A DNA stretch of 64,000 bases. Origin: Ignavibacteriota bacterium. Its GTDB lineage: Bacteria > Bacteroidota > Ignavibacteria > UBA10030. Shown here piece by piece: positions 50,509 to 60,525 of this stretch; position 1 is the stretch's first letter; every line of letters starts with the position of its first letter. The stretch covers positions 1,600,001 through 1,664,000 of the forward strand of contig OY969585.1 of NCBI GenBank assembly GCA_963701295.1, in the 5' to 3' direction. The position numbers and the translations under genes are program-made. Under the pieces are notes generated by a model. That model searched no databases. It had not been told where the DNA came from and worked only from the letters and a program-made list of their open reading frames with translations.

Positions 50509-51534
50509 ATGACTGATCAACAATGGAAAACTTTGCAGGGAATAATGAGGGGCGAAGCCGTAAAACCTTTACCGGTTGGTTTTATTATTGATTGCCCGTG
50601 GCTTCCCAATTGGTATAATATCAAGATACTCGATTACTTCTCCAATGACGAATTGTGGCTGAATGCAAATTTAAAGGCGTTGAAAGACTTTCCGGATGTA
50701 ATGTTTTTACCTGGCTTCTGGTCCGAATTTGGCATGTGCACAGAACCATCGGCATTTGGAGCACGCTGTACCTTCCCGCTGAATGAATTTCCACATGCTC
50801 ATAGAATCCTCCAATCAGTTGATGATATCGACTCGTTACCGCAGCCGAACCCCAAGACGGATGGCCTGTTGCCATTTGTACTGAATCGTTTAAAGCTTGC
50901 CCGGCCAAAAATTGAAGTGGCAGGGCATAAAATCCGGTTCGCAGTTGCCCGCGGCCCCTTGAATATTGCCAGCTATCTTATGGGTTTGACAGAATTTTTA
51001 ACAATGATGATGATGCGGCCCGAAAAAGCCGAAGCACTCATGAAAAAGATTACAACATTTCTCAAAAACTGGCTGCATTTGCAAATGGAAACATTTTCAT
51101 CTATCGATGGCATTTTCATCCTGGATGATATCATCGGGTTTATGGGTGAAGAAGAGTTCCGTAATTTTGGCATGCCGTACTTTAAGGAATTGTACAATAC
51201 CAATGTCTCTGTTAAATTCCTGCATAATGACGCTCCCTGTAAGGTGTCTGCGCCTCTTCTGCCTGAGATCGGAGTAAACTTGTTCAACATGGGTTTCGAT
51301 ATTACACTGAATGAATTGAAGCAGTTGACACAGAATAAAGTTACACTGCTCGGCAATATTCCTCCGCGTGATGTATTGGCAAACGGTGATGCCGCTCAGG
51401 TGATCCAAGTGACTACTCAGCTTGTAGATTCCTTAAAAGATACATCCAGAGTGATTTTTTCATGTGGAGGCGGTATACCGCCGGGAGTTAGGTCGGAGAA
51501 TATCAACGCATTTATCCGCGCCGTCAGAAAGTAA
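50509..51534 (+). CDS. URO-D/MtaA-CmuA family methyltransferase-like protein
   Basis: RGPLNIA, FLHNDA, LLGNIPP, FSCGGG. Lacks the RQAGR motif of true HemE. Confidence 0.8.
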   Translation: MTDQQWKTLQGIMRGEAVKPLPVGFIIDCPWLPNWYNIKILDYFSNDELWLNANLKALKDFPDVMFLPGFWSEFGMCTEPSAFGARCTFPLNEFPHAHRILQSVDDIDSLPQPNPKTDGLLPFVLNRLKLARPKIEVAGHKIRFAVARGPLNIASYLMGLTEFLTMMMMRPEKAEALMKKITTFLKNWLHLQMETFSSIDGIFILDDIIGFMGEEEFRNFGMPYFKELYNTNVSVKFLHNDAPCKVSAPLLPEIGVNLFNMGFDITLNELKQLTQNKVTLLGNIPPRDVLANGDAAQVIQVTTQLVDSLKDTSRVIFSCGGGIPPGVRSENINAFIRAVRK

Positions 51535-51900
51535 TTGCAAAGCATTACGAATTGATGTTACGTACGTAGTCAGTGACCAACCTTTGAGAAATACGTTTGG
51601 CGTTTCTCCGTGTTTTTAAAAAAAGTAAAAGTTCTCACAAAACTGCAAAGAATGAAAAGAAATTTAACCGTGCAGAATCCGGTTTCATCAAAACACAAAA
51701 AATGATAATGTTCAATAAGAGATGAATAAATGAAAAAACAAAACTGTAAACTATATAGATACAAACATTCTTGATAGTGCATAGGTGAAACTTATCATGA
51801 ATAAAATACACAAAAGATCACTAGGAACATTGCTCTTTGGAACAGCAATAGCAATCAATATAACAGAAGCATGCATGAGAAAAAGAGAAAGAACACTTCG

Positions 51901-53172
51901 ATGGCAGAAAATGAAAAAGGCAAAAAGAGAATAGGTTCTTATCGTTGGACGATCTGTGCGTTGCTATTCTTTGGCACAACGATCAACTACATTGATCGGC
52001 AAGTCTTGGGTATTCTTGCGCCGTTGCTGCAGAGTGAAATCAAATGGACCGAATCTGAATATGGATGGATTGTAACAGCGTTTCAAGCCGCTTATGCTCT
52101 TGGCCTTCTTTTGTTCGGCTGGCTTATTGATAAATATGGAACAAAAATCGGTTATTTCATTTCGGTAACTGCGTGGAGTTTTGCGGCAATAGCACATGCG
52201 ATAGTGAAAACACCATTTGGGTTTGGTGCTGCACGTGCAGGACTCGGATTAAGCGAGGCAGGGAATTTTCCTGCCGCCATTAAAACGGTTGCTGAATGGT
52301 TCCCCAAAAAGGAACGTGCCCTGGCGACAGGTATATTTAATTCTGGCGCAAATATCGGTGCAGTTGTTGCACCGGCGGCAGTACCGTGGCTCACAATTAC
52401 GTATGGATGGCAGGCTGCTTTTGCCGTCACAGGTATGGTCGGCTTTATTTGGGTAGTTTTTTGGACCCTTCTGTATGAAAAACCAGAAAAACAAAAACGT
52501 CTTTCGTCTGCTGAATTGGATTTTATTTTAAGTGATCGAGAGAAAGTGATTTCGGAAAAAGTACCATGGATCGGATTGTTAAAATATCGTCAGACGTGGG
52601 CTTTCGTTCTCGGAAAATTTTTTACTGATCCAATCTGGTGGTTTTATCTCTATTGGCTGCCAAAATTTTTAAATAAAACATATGGATTAACACTCACGAA
52701 TCTAGGCTTGCCGCTGATTACGATCTATATGATGACGAGTATAGGAAGTATCGGGGGAGGATGGTTGTCTTCGTTCTTTATACGACGAGGCGCTGCAATT
52801 ATGAAAAGCCGGGAAGTAGTCATGCTTCTGTGCGGGATTTGTGTATTACCAATCATCACAGCTTCAGAAGTATCAAATGTCTGGAGTGCAGTGGGACTTA
52901 TCGGACTGGCTGCTGCGGCACATCAAGGATTTTCTGCTAATCTCTATACGATGGTGTCGGATATGTTTCCCAAGAAGGCAGTTGGCTCGATTGTCGGATT
53001 GGGAGGAATGGCGGGTTCTGTGAGCGGAATGCTCTTTTCTGTAACGACAGGATATATTTTAGAATGGACAGGAAGCTATATCTCGCTTTTTCTTATCGCT
53101 GCTCCAACATATTTGATTGCGTTGAGTCTCATTCATGTGCTAACACACAAAGTAAAACCGGTGGTTTTTTGA
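51901..53172 (+). CDS. exuT: MFS transporter, ExuT-like hexuronate permease
   Basis: YRWTICALLFFGTTINYIDRQ, EAGNFPAAIKTVAEWFP, DPIWWFYLYWLP, AHQGFSAN. Confidence 0.8.
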   Translation: MAENEKGKKRIGSYRWTICALLFFGTTINYIDRQVLGILAPLLQSEIKWTESEYGWIVTAFQAAYALGLLLFGWLIDKYGTKIGYFISVTAWSFAAIAHAIVKTPFGFGAARAGLGLSEAGNFPAAIKTVAEWFPKKERALATGIFNSGANIGAVVAPAAVPWLTITYGWQAAFAVTGMVGFIWVVFWTLLYEKPEKQKRLSSAELDFILSDREKVISEKVPWIGLLKYRQTWAFVLGKFFTDPIWWFYLYWLPKFLNKTYGLTLTNLGLPLITIYMMTSIGSIGGGWLSSFFIRRGAAIMKSREVVMLLCGICVLPIITASEVSNVWSAVGLIGLAAAAHQGFSANLYTMVSDMFPKKAVGSIVGLGGMAGSVSGMLFSVTTGYILEWTGSYISLFLIAAPTYLIALSLIHVLTHKVKPVVF

Positions 53173-53497
53173 TCCTGTATTTAAAAAGTGAGCAGAAAAT
53201 ATTATGTCGAAATAATTCTTGAATGAGTGTCCTGCTTTTGGAAAAAGTTTTTATACATGAAAGTAGAAAATAGAAATAATCCATGAAGAAGAAAGTGATA
53301 GAGGCGCCGATATCTTCTTCTCTTTTTTTCTAACTCGTTGATCCACGAAAATTATTCCACCCGTTGTGAGGAAGACCTGCCATACAAATGACGGGTATAT
53401 GTTCTCCTGAACCTGCGTTTAAAAATGATGTATCCCCTCGAATCAAGAGGAATTTGCAGAAAAACAAGCCCTTTGGTAATAATACCAAACTCATATA

Positions 53498-53534
53498 TAC
53501 GGTAACTTCCGTAAATGATACGTATATCGCCGTA
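53498..53534. promoter_or_regulatory. Tandem TACG(G/T)-N6-CCGTA inverted repeats
   Basis: TACGG-taactt-CCGTA and TACGT-atatcg-CCGTA, 21 bp apart. Conserved upstream of the second paralog as well. Confidence 0.6.
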
Positions 53535-53629
53535 ATTAAGAAATTACGGTTTTCCCTCGATTCCTGGCAACTTTCTATCCTCTATATTAATTCAGTGAAT
53601 TTAATGATGACATTTTCAAGGAGAGTCGT

Positions 53630-56600
53630 ATGAAAAATTTATCTTTTATTGTTGTTGTCACAGCAGTGGCTGCCTTTTTTGGAACCCAAATGACTGCTGT
53701 TGCACAAAGTGTAGCAAACTATACACCGACACACACAACAGGCATCACATATAATTCTATATTATCCTCAGGTAATGCAGTCTCAGCGTGGCGAACCACC
53801 AATATTGGTGACGGCAGTTACTATGATGACAATCGTAGTTATCCGGTTCTAATTGGTTTCGATTTTTGGTATGATGGCAAACGATACACCCAATTTAGTG
53901 TTTCAACAAACGGATTCATGGATTTTGATTCGTCAAGCTGGAATGGCGGCTCTGGATCTTTGGAGCAATTTAATCCTTATGGACCATACTCTACCGACCT
54001 TGTCAATCCGACACGGTCTGCTCCGTCAGGTGGTGTGGGAACTGTAACTGCTCTTGCACCGTTCTATTATGATTTAACAACATGGCAAACAACTGTACCG
54101 CTTGGCAATAGCATCAAGTATCTTCTTGGCGGCGTAGCACCGAATCGTGTGCTCACTGTTGAGTGGAATAATATGAGTACATGGACGAATCAAAATGACA
54201 CACTTAATTTCCAAGTGAAGCTGTACGAAAGCACTGGAGTGATTGAGTATTACTATGGATATATGAGCGGTACGATCTCGACAACATATGGATTTGGATA
54301 CGTTACTGGAATCAATGCACCTTCTATTTCACCGAATCCTCCGACGGCAGCGCAGCTCCTTTGCTTGCAAACAGAGAATACAAATAATTTCTCAAATGGT
54401 CAGCAAAATCAACTCGCAGTAATGCCACAGAGTTATTCGAAATACGCTTTTACACCAAGAACACCCGGCAATCCTTCCAGTCTAACATTTACTGCGATCA
54501 CACAAACCTCTATGACATTGAATTGGAATGATAATGCGAACAATGAAGTTGGCTATGTCATTTATAGCTCCTTGGATGGTTCAAATTATACTTATACAAC
54601 TCAGGTGGCAGCGAATAGCACTTCCTATACAGCAACCGGCCTGTTCCCCGGAACAATGTACTATTGGAAAATCTATGCAGTAACCGAAGGCGGGCTGAGC
54701 GCGAGCTTGAATGGTTCGCAAGCGACAACTGCTGCTGCAAATTTTATTTCGCAACAAAGCGGATTGTGGAATGCCACAACGACATGGGTTGGTGGAGCAG
54801 TACCGCCAGACAACGCAAATGTCACCATTGCTGACGGACAGACAGTGACAATTGATGGAAATATTATGGTCAATAATATTACTGTGGGTCAAGGAACGAG
54901 CGGTATACTTCTTATTGGAAATAATGCCACGGCTCGCACTTTGAATGTTTTGGGCAATATAACAGTTAATGCAGGGGCACAATTTGCAGTGAACTCGGGT
55001 TCCGCTACATCAGGTCATATACTCAATCTCACAGGGAACATTCTGAACAATGGTACGTTCGATTTAGGACCCAGCTCCAGCTCGAGATGTCTCTCAACAT
55101 TTAATAAAGACGGCAATCAAACCATTAGCGGAACCGGCACCATGACACGTTTCTATTTGATGACACTCACTATGGGAACATCAAATAATAATGTGCTTGA
55201 TATAACCTCATCGAATTTCTCTACACAATCAACTGGATTCTTAACGATCACCAATGGCACATTGAAATATGAAGCGCCAAGCGCTATTACTCCTTTCACG
55301 GCAAACACCACTGTTCCTTTGACAGGCGGCTTGTGGGTGAACAACTCCTCGGCAATCGTCACAACGACGGGCGGGAATCTGAGTGTGTGGGGATTCGTCA
55401 GGGTTACCAATGGAGTCCTGAATATTGGAACTGCTGCTGATCAACAATTATTGTCAAACGGTGGGACATTTATTATCGAAGGTGGTGCAGTGAATGTTTC
55501 AGGAAGTTTTACATCTGCTCCGTATGCAATAATGAATTTCACTATTTCAGGAGGAACATTTACTGTTCCGACAGTCGGCTCAACTCTGAGTGGTCAAGCC
55601 CCTTTTATGTTGTCCATTGCCGGCTCAACCTTTAATCAATCTAATGGTACCATCGTTATCAGGAGCACTGGAAACGGAAACTTAGGATATGTCAATACGA
55701 ACACCTCAAGCTCTTCAGTTCTTGGTGGAACGCTGCAAATTGGCGACTATGGTACACTCACAGCCCAAACTATTCAGATCAATAGTACTATACCTGTTTA
55801 CAATCTGACTGACAGCAGTGCAAATGCAACTATACAATTGATGACGAACAATTTGACCGTAAACAATAATGTTTTTATTGCGGTAGGAACTTTGAATGCA
55901 AACAATCTTAACTTGAATGTGCAAGGAAACTGGACGAATCAAGGAACGTTTATTCCCGGAACCGGCACTGTTACATTCAGCGGATCGACTGGTTCGATAA
56001 TTACGAAAGTAACCGGAGAAACATTCAATAATCTTACTATCAACAAGTCGAGTAATAATGTGAGTTTAGGCGGCGCAGCAACCGTCAATGGAACACTCAA
56101 CTTTGCGTCAGCGCATAATGTACTCCTTGGCGCCAATAACCTTACGCTGAATGGTTCGGTCAGCGGTGCAGCAGATGGTAAGTGTGTAGTGACTAACGGA
56201 ACCGGAGTGGTATCGAAAGTTATTGCGGCTGCTGGCAGTTTTACATTCCCAGTTGGAATATCAACTCGTTATAATCCAGTAGCTTTCACAAGTCCGCTTG
56301 GCGGAACATATACAGCCGCTATTGACTCTGGTGAGACTCCGGCAACTGCGAACAATGCTGCATCTTGCCTTAGAACTTGGACAATCACCGGCACGAATCC
56401 GGCTGATGTTACGTTCACCTGGAACAGTGTAGACGCAGGTACTTCTATTGTTCCTTCGTCTTGTGATGCGTGGCATTACAATGGAACAGCATGGATAGAT
56501 ATGGTGGGTGCAACTGCTGGATCTGGTCCGACATATACGACAACTCTGACAAACGTGACTTCGTTCTCACCTTGGACGGTTGGTAATAGCGGCAGCTTGC

Positions 56601-57169
56601 CTGTACAGCTTACATCCTTTACGGCAGTTCTGCAGGGAACAAATGCGTTACTCAAATGGGCAACAGCAACAGAAACGAACAACTCGGGTTTCCAAATTGA
56701 GCGATGCGTCGAGGGATCCAATGTTTGGGCAGAAATTGTGTTTGTCAACGGCGCAGGCACGAGCAGCTCACCGAAAACATATTCTTATGAAGATAAGAAC
56801 CTTGCCCCCGGTAAGTATGTCTATCGTATTAAACAAATAGACAACGATGGAAAGTTTACATACTATACTGCAAACATGCCGAAAGTGGATGCTGGGGTAT
56901 CGAACACACTTCAACTGGGCGGCAATTATCCTAATCCGTTTAACCCGACAACGAATATACAATTCTCGGTGCCTCAAGATGGATATGCATCGTTGAAGGT
57001 GTATAACATGTTAGGTCAGGAAGTAGCGACGTTATTTGCAGGAATGGCAAAAGCTGGGCATTATATTCCAGCAACGTTCAATGCTTCACGATTGGCATCG
57101 GGCATTTACTTTGCGCGCTTGCAGTATAGCGGTAAGAGCTTGGTGCAAAGAATGCTGCTGACAAAATGA
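53630..57169 (+). CDS. Large T9SS-type secreted protein (FN3, Gly/Thr/Asn-rich beta-helical region, C-terminal sorting domain)
   Basis: Signal peptide; FN3 (LNWNDNANNEVGY); LPVQLTSF Ig-like domain; NYPNPFNPTT...VYNMLGQEVATL...LASGIYF. Confidence 0.9.
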   Translation: MKNLSFIVVVTAVAAFFGTQMTAVAQSVANYTPTHTTGITYNSILSSGNAVSAWRTTNIGDGSYYDDNRSYPVLIGFDFWYDGKRYTQFSVSTNGFMDFDSSSWNGGSGSLEQFNPYGPYSTDLVNPTRSAPSGGVGTVTALAPFYYDLTTWQTTVPLGNSIKYLLGGVAPNRVLTVEWNNMSTWTNQNDTLNFQVKLYESTGVIEYYYGYMSGTISTTYGFGYVTGINAPSISPNPPTAAQLLCLQTENTNNFSNGQQNQLAVMPQSYSKYAFTPRTPGNPSSLTFTAITQTSMTLNWNDNANNEVGYVIYSSLDGSNYTYTTQVAANSTSYTATGLFPGTMYYWKIYAVTEGGLSASLNGSQATTAAANFISQQSGLWNATTTWVGGAVPPDNANVTIADGQTVTIDGNIMVNNITVGQGTSGILLIGNNATARTLNVLGNITVNAGAQFAVNSGSATSGHILNLTGNILNNGTFDLGPSSSSRCLSTFNKDGNQTISGTGTMTRFYLMTLTMGTSNNNVLDITSSNFSTQSTGFLTITNGTLKYEAPSAITPFTANTTVPLTGGLWVNNSSAIVTTTGGNLSVWGFVRVTNGVLNIGTAADQQLLSNGGTFIIEGGAVNVSGSFTSAPYAIMNFTISGGTFTVPTVGSTLSGQAPFMLSIAGSTFNQSNGTIVIRSTGNGNLGYVNTNTSSSSVLGGTLQIGDYGTLTAQTIQINSTIPVYNLTDSSANATIQLMTNNLTVNNNVFIAVGTLNANNLNLNVQGNWTNQGTFIPGTGTVTFSGSTGSIITKVTGETFNNLTINKSSNNVSLGGAATVNGTLNFASAHNVLLGANNLTLNGSVSGAADGKCVVTNGTGVVSKVIAAAGSFTFPVGISTRYNPVAFTSPLGGTYTAAIDSGETPATANNAASCLRTWTITGTNPADVTFTWNSVDAGTSIVPSSCDAWHYNGTAWIDMVGATAGSGPTYTTTLTNVTSFSPWTVGNSGSLPVQLTSFTAVLQGTNALLKWATATETNNSGFQIERCVEGSNVWAEIVFVNGAGTSSSPKTYSYEDKNLAPGKYVYRIKQIDNDGKFTYYTANMPKVDAGVSNTLQLGGNYPNPFNPTTNIQFSVPQDGYASLKVYNMLGQEVATLFAGMAKAGHYIPATFNASRLASGIYFARLQYSGKSLVQRMLLTK

Positions 57170-57185
57170 TTTCACTCTTTTCGTG

Positions 57186-57320
57186 AAATCATCCCGACAT
57201 GTTTTTAGTCGGGATCTACAGTTTGCAAAAATGATACTCACAACGCCTCGGCTGCCGTCGGGGCGTTGCTGTATGTATGAGAGTGCTGTCAAAAAGATGT
57301 AACATCCGGTCGGTGACCGG
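57186..57320. repeat. Duplicated 3' intergenic unit with three hairpins (copy 1)
   Basis: ATCCCGAC...GTCGGGAT, CAACGCCTCG...CGGGGCGTTG and CCGGTC...GACCGG. Near-identical to 62053-62186. Confidence 0.85.
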
Positions 57321-57387
57321 ATTTCTACTCGAATCCGGAGGAATTTGCAGACAGCAAGCCCTTTCGTGATGAAACCCAACTCATACA

Positions 57388-57425
57388 TACGGTAATTTCC
57401 GTAGATGAATACGTATTTTACCGTA
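57388..57425. promoter_or_regulatory. Tandem TACG(G/T)-N6-CCGTA inverted repeats (second copy)
   Basis: TACGG-taattt-CCGTA and TACGT-atttta-CCGTA, inside a ~185 bp upstream region homologous to 53447-53629. Confidence 0.6.
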
Positions 57426-57520
57426 ATTTTAAAAATAAGGCTTCTCCTTGATTCCTGACGACTTTCTATCCAGTATATTTATTCATTGAATTTAATGAAA
57501 ATATCTTTAAGGAGATTAAC

Positions 57521-60086
57521 ATGAACAAGTTTACTTTTATTCTCATCACATCGTTGCTTGCTATTGCGCTGAGTGCGACGGCAATGGCGACAACTAGAAC
57601 CAGCGTAGCAGCAGGCGGTGCATGGAGCACAGCTGCAACGTGGGTTGGTGGTGTTGTACCAGCTGCGACTGACACCGTGATTATCGCAGCGAACACTGCT
57701 GCGGTCACGACCGGTGGCAATCAAACCTGCGCTGGGATAACTATTACAGGTACTATTTCCATGGCAGCCAATAATACTCTTACTGTCAATGGTGATGTTA
57801 GCGGTGCAGGAACATGGACAGCCGCATCTGCAACTAGAGTTATCTCTTTAACCGGAAACTGGTCATTCAATGGGACTTCAACCGGGACTGGTACGGTTAC
57901 TTTTACGGGAACAGGCACAGAGACACTTTCAGGTAAGATAAGCACCGGAAATGCTAGTCTCACCATTAACAAAACTGGCGGTTCAGTAACTCTCGGCAGC
58001 GCAATAAGCATCGGCACCGGTACGTTTACTCTCACGGCAGGTACCTTCGATGCTACGTACTTATCTTCTTACAGCAGGCACCCGTACATTTACTGCTGGA
58101 ACTTTGCGAGTAGGTGGTGCGACGTGGGCAAACAATTTTTCTGGCGCAATTACAGAACCAGCAGCAGGGACAATTGAGTATTACGCAAATATAGCACAAA
58201 CCGTAAATGGCGTCTCTTACGGTGGCAATTTAACTCTTTCTGGTTCTGGAACGAAGACTTTCGCTGCTGCAATTACTGTCAACGGCAATTTTACAAACAA
58301 TGGTACATTCAATGCCGGAACCGGAACTGTTACTTTCAGCGGTGCCACAGCGGCTATTAATGCAGGCACTGGAACGGGGAACTTCTACACAATAAGTTTA
58401 CCTGCAACGGGCACTAATATTTTAACAATAAATACTTCTGTAGTTTGCAGTACTTTTACAATGCCTCAAAATACCGCTGGATCGAATACTGTCAACATTA
58501 CCGGAACAAACACATTGACTGTTTTAGGTCTTGTTACAATTGATCGTATTGCAGCTTTTAATGTTAATGCTGGAACATTAATTGCTGATTCTATAGATAT
58601 GACTGGAGGTACCGCAGCCAATATTGCAAGTTTAAATATTACAACTGGAACAGTTACTGTTCTGGGTAGTATTGTATTTAGTGGTGATATAACAACGATA
58701 CAAACAATTTCATTGGGTTCCGGCACATTAAATGTTGGCGGTACATTTGAAGCGGATGGAACATTAACAGCCGGAACAGGAACTGTTAATTTCACCGGTA
58801 CGAATCAAACCATTCCACCTTATACATACGATAACCTTACAGTCTCAGGCAGTGATACTGTCAACCTTACCGGTATTTCGGTAAATGGTACTGTTACGGT
58901 AACAGGAAACGCAAAAGTTACATTGCCGCCCACGCCAATAAGCGGTCTAACTGTTAATACGAGTAATGGCATGACGTTGAGCAGCACAACTACAGTCAAT
59001 GATACGCTCAAATTTTTATTAGGCAATTTATATATCGGCGACGACTCCCTTAAGCTTGGCAGCACAGCCACAGTAATAGGTGCTGCAGATGGTAAGTGTG
59101 TCGTGACTAATGGAACCGGTGTGGTATCGAAAGTTATTGCAGCGGCTGGCAGTTTCACATTCCCAGTTGGAATATCAACTCGTTATAATCCAGTAGTTTT
59201 CACAAGTCCGCTTGGCGGAACATATACAGCCGCTGTTGTGTCTGGTGAAAATCCTATAACGGCAGACAATACAAAATCTTGCATGAGAACTTGGACAATC
59301 ACCGGCACGAATCCGGCTGATGTTACGTTCACCTGGAACAGTGCAGACGCAGGTAATTCTATTCATCCTACGTCTTGCACAGCGTGGCATTACAGCGGAA
59401 CAGTATGGACAGATATGGGTGGTGTAACAGCAGGATCTGCTCCGTCATATACGACAACTCTGACAAACGTAGCATCGTTCTCACCTTGGACAGTAGGTAA
59501 TACCGGCGCATTGCCTGTACAAATGACATCCTTTACGGCGGTTTTGCAGGGAACAAGTGCGTTGCTTAAATGGGCAACAGCAACAGAGACGAACAACTCG
59601 GGCTTCCAAATTGAGCGAAGTGTTGAGGGATCCAATGTTTGGGCAGAAGTTGCGTTTGTCAATGGTGCAGGCACGAGCAGCTCACCGAAAACATATTCTT
59701 ATGAAGATAAGAACCTCGCCCCCGGTAAGTATGTCTATCGCATTAAACAGATAGATAATGATGGAAAGACAACAATCTACAATCCGAATGCATTACCGAA
59801 AGTGGATGCAGGAGTATCGAACACACTTCAACTGTGCGGCAATTATCCTAATCCGTTTAACCCGACAACGAACATGCAGTTCTCAGTACCTCAAGACGGA
59901 TATGCATCGTTGAAGGTGTATAACATGTTAGGTCAGGAAGTAGCGACGTTGTTTGCAGGAATGGCAAAAGCTGGTCATTATATTCCAGCAACGTTCAATG
60001 CTTCACGATTGGCATCGGGCATCTATTTCGCACGCTTGCAGTATAGCGGCAAGAGCTTAGTACAAAGAATGTTGTTGACCAAATAA
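57521..60086 (+). CDS. T9SS-type secreted paralog 2; +1 frameshift near 58055-58058
   Basis: The signal-peptide ORF 57521..58177 joins ORF 58050..60086 (GTFDA-S-TYLLTAG) when one base is removed. Same C-terminal sorting domain. Confidence 0.85.
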
Positions 60087-60163
60087 TAAAATTATTTGGT
60101 CAGAAATCCTGCTGTTCTTTAGCGGGACTGATGACGTAACAAGAATAATATTTTTTGAAACGC

Positions 60164-60200
60164 ATGTGCAGTCTCTGCGTAAGGGGGCTGCACATTTTTT
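60164..60200 (+). terminator. Intrinsic terminator after paralog 2
   Basis: ATGTGCAGTCTCT...GGGGGCTGCACAT followed by a T-run. Confidence 0.75.
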
Positions 60201-60525
60201 ATGTACTCAACCCATCAAACTCCCCACCGTTTGTAGAATCTACAGGCACTGACCAGTTGCCGCATATTGTGTAACTAACCGAATTCAATAATTCGCCTCT
60301 AAAAAACCGCAAATCAGATTGTTTCCACCAACTTTTTCCGTCGTTGGTGATTTTTCTTCTGCTTTCGCAATAACTCAAATGGTACATTTAATGAATCTTT
60401 TATGTCATAGGAACACGGCAAATGGAATCAACAATGAAAAGAAGGAATCATACATCTAACCTTCAACTGCCTATTCTGTATTTTGATTCATTGAATTTAA
60501 TGATAATATCCTTAGGGAGATTAAC

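Noticed and set aside
50509-51534. True uroporphyrinogen decarboxylase (hemE)
   Set aside because: Lacks the MRQAGR motif and sits in a corrinoid methyltransferase context.
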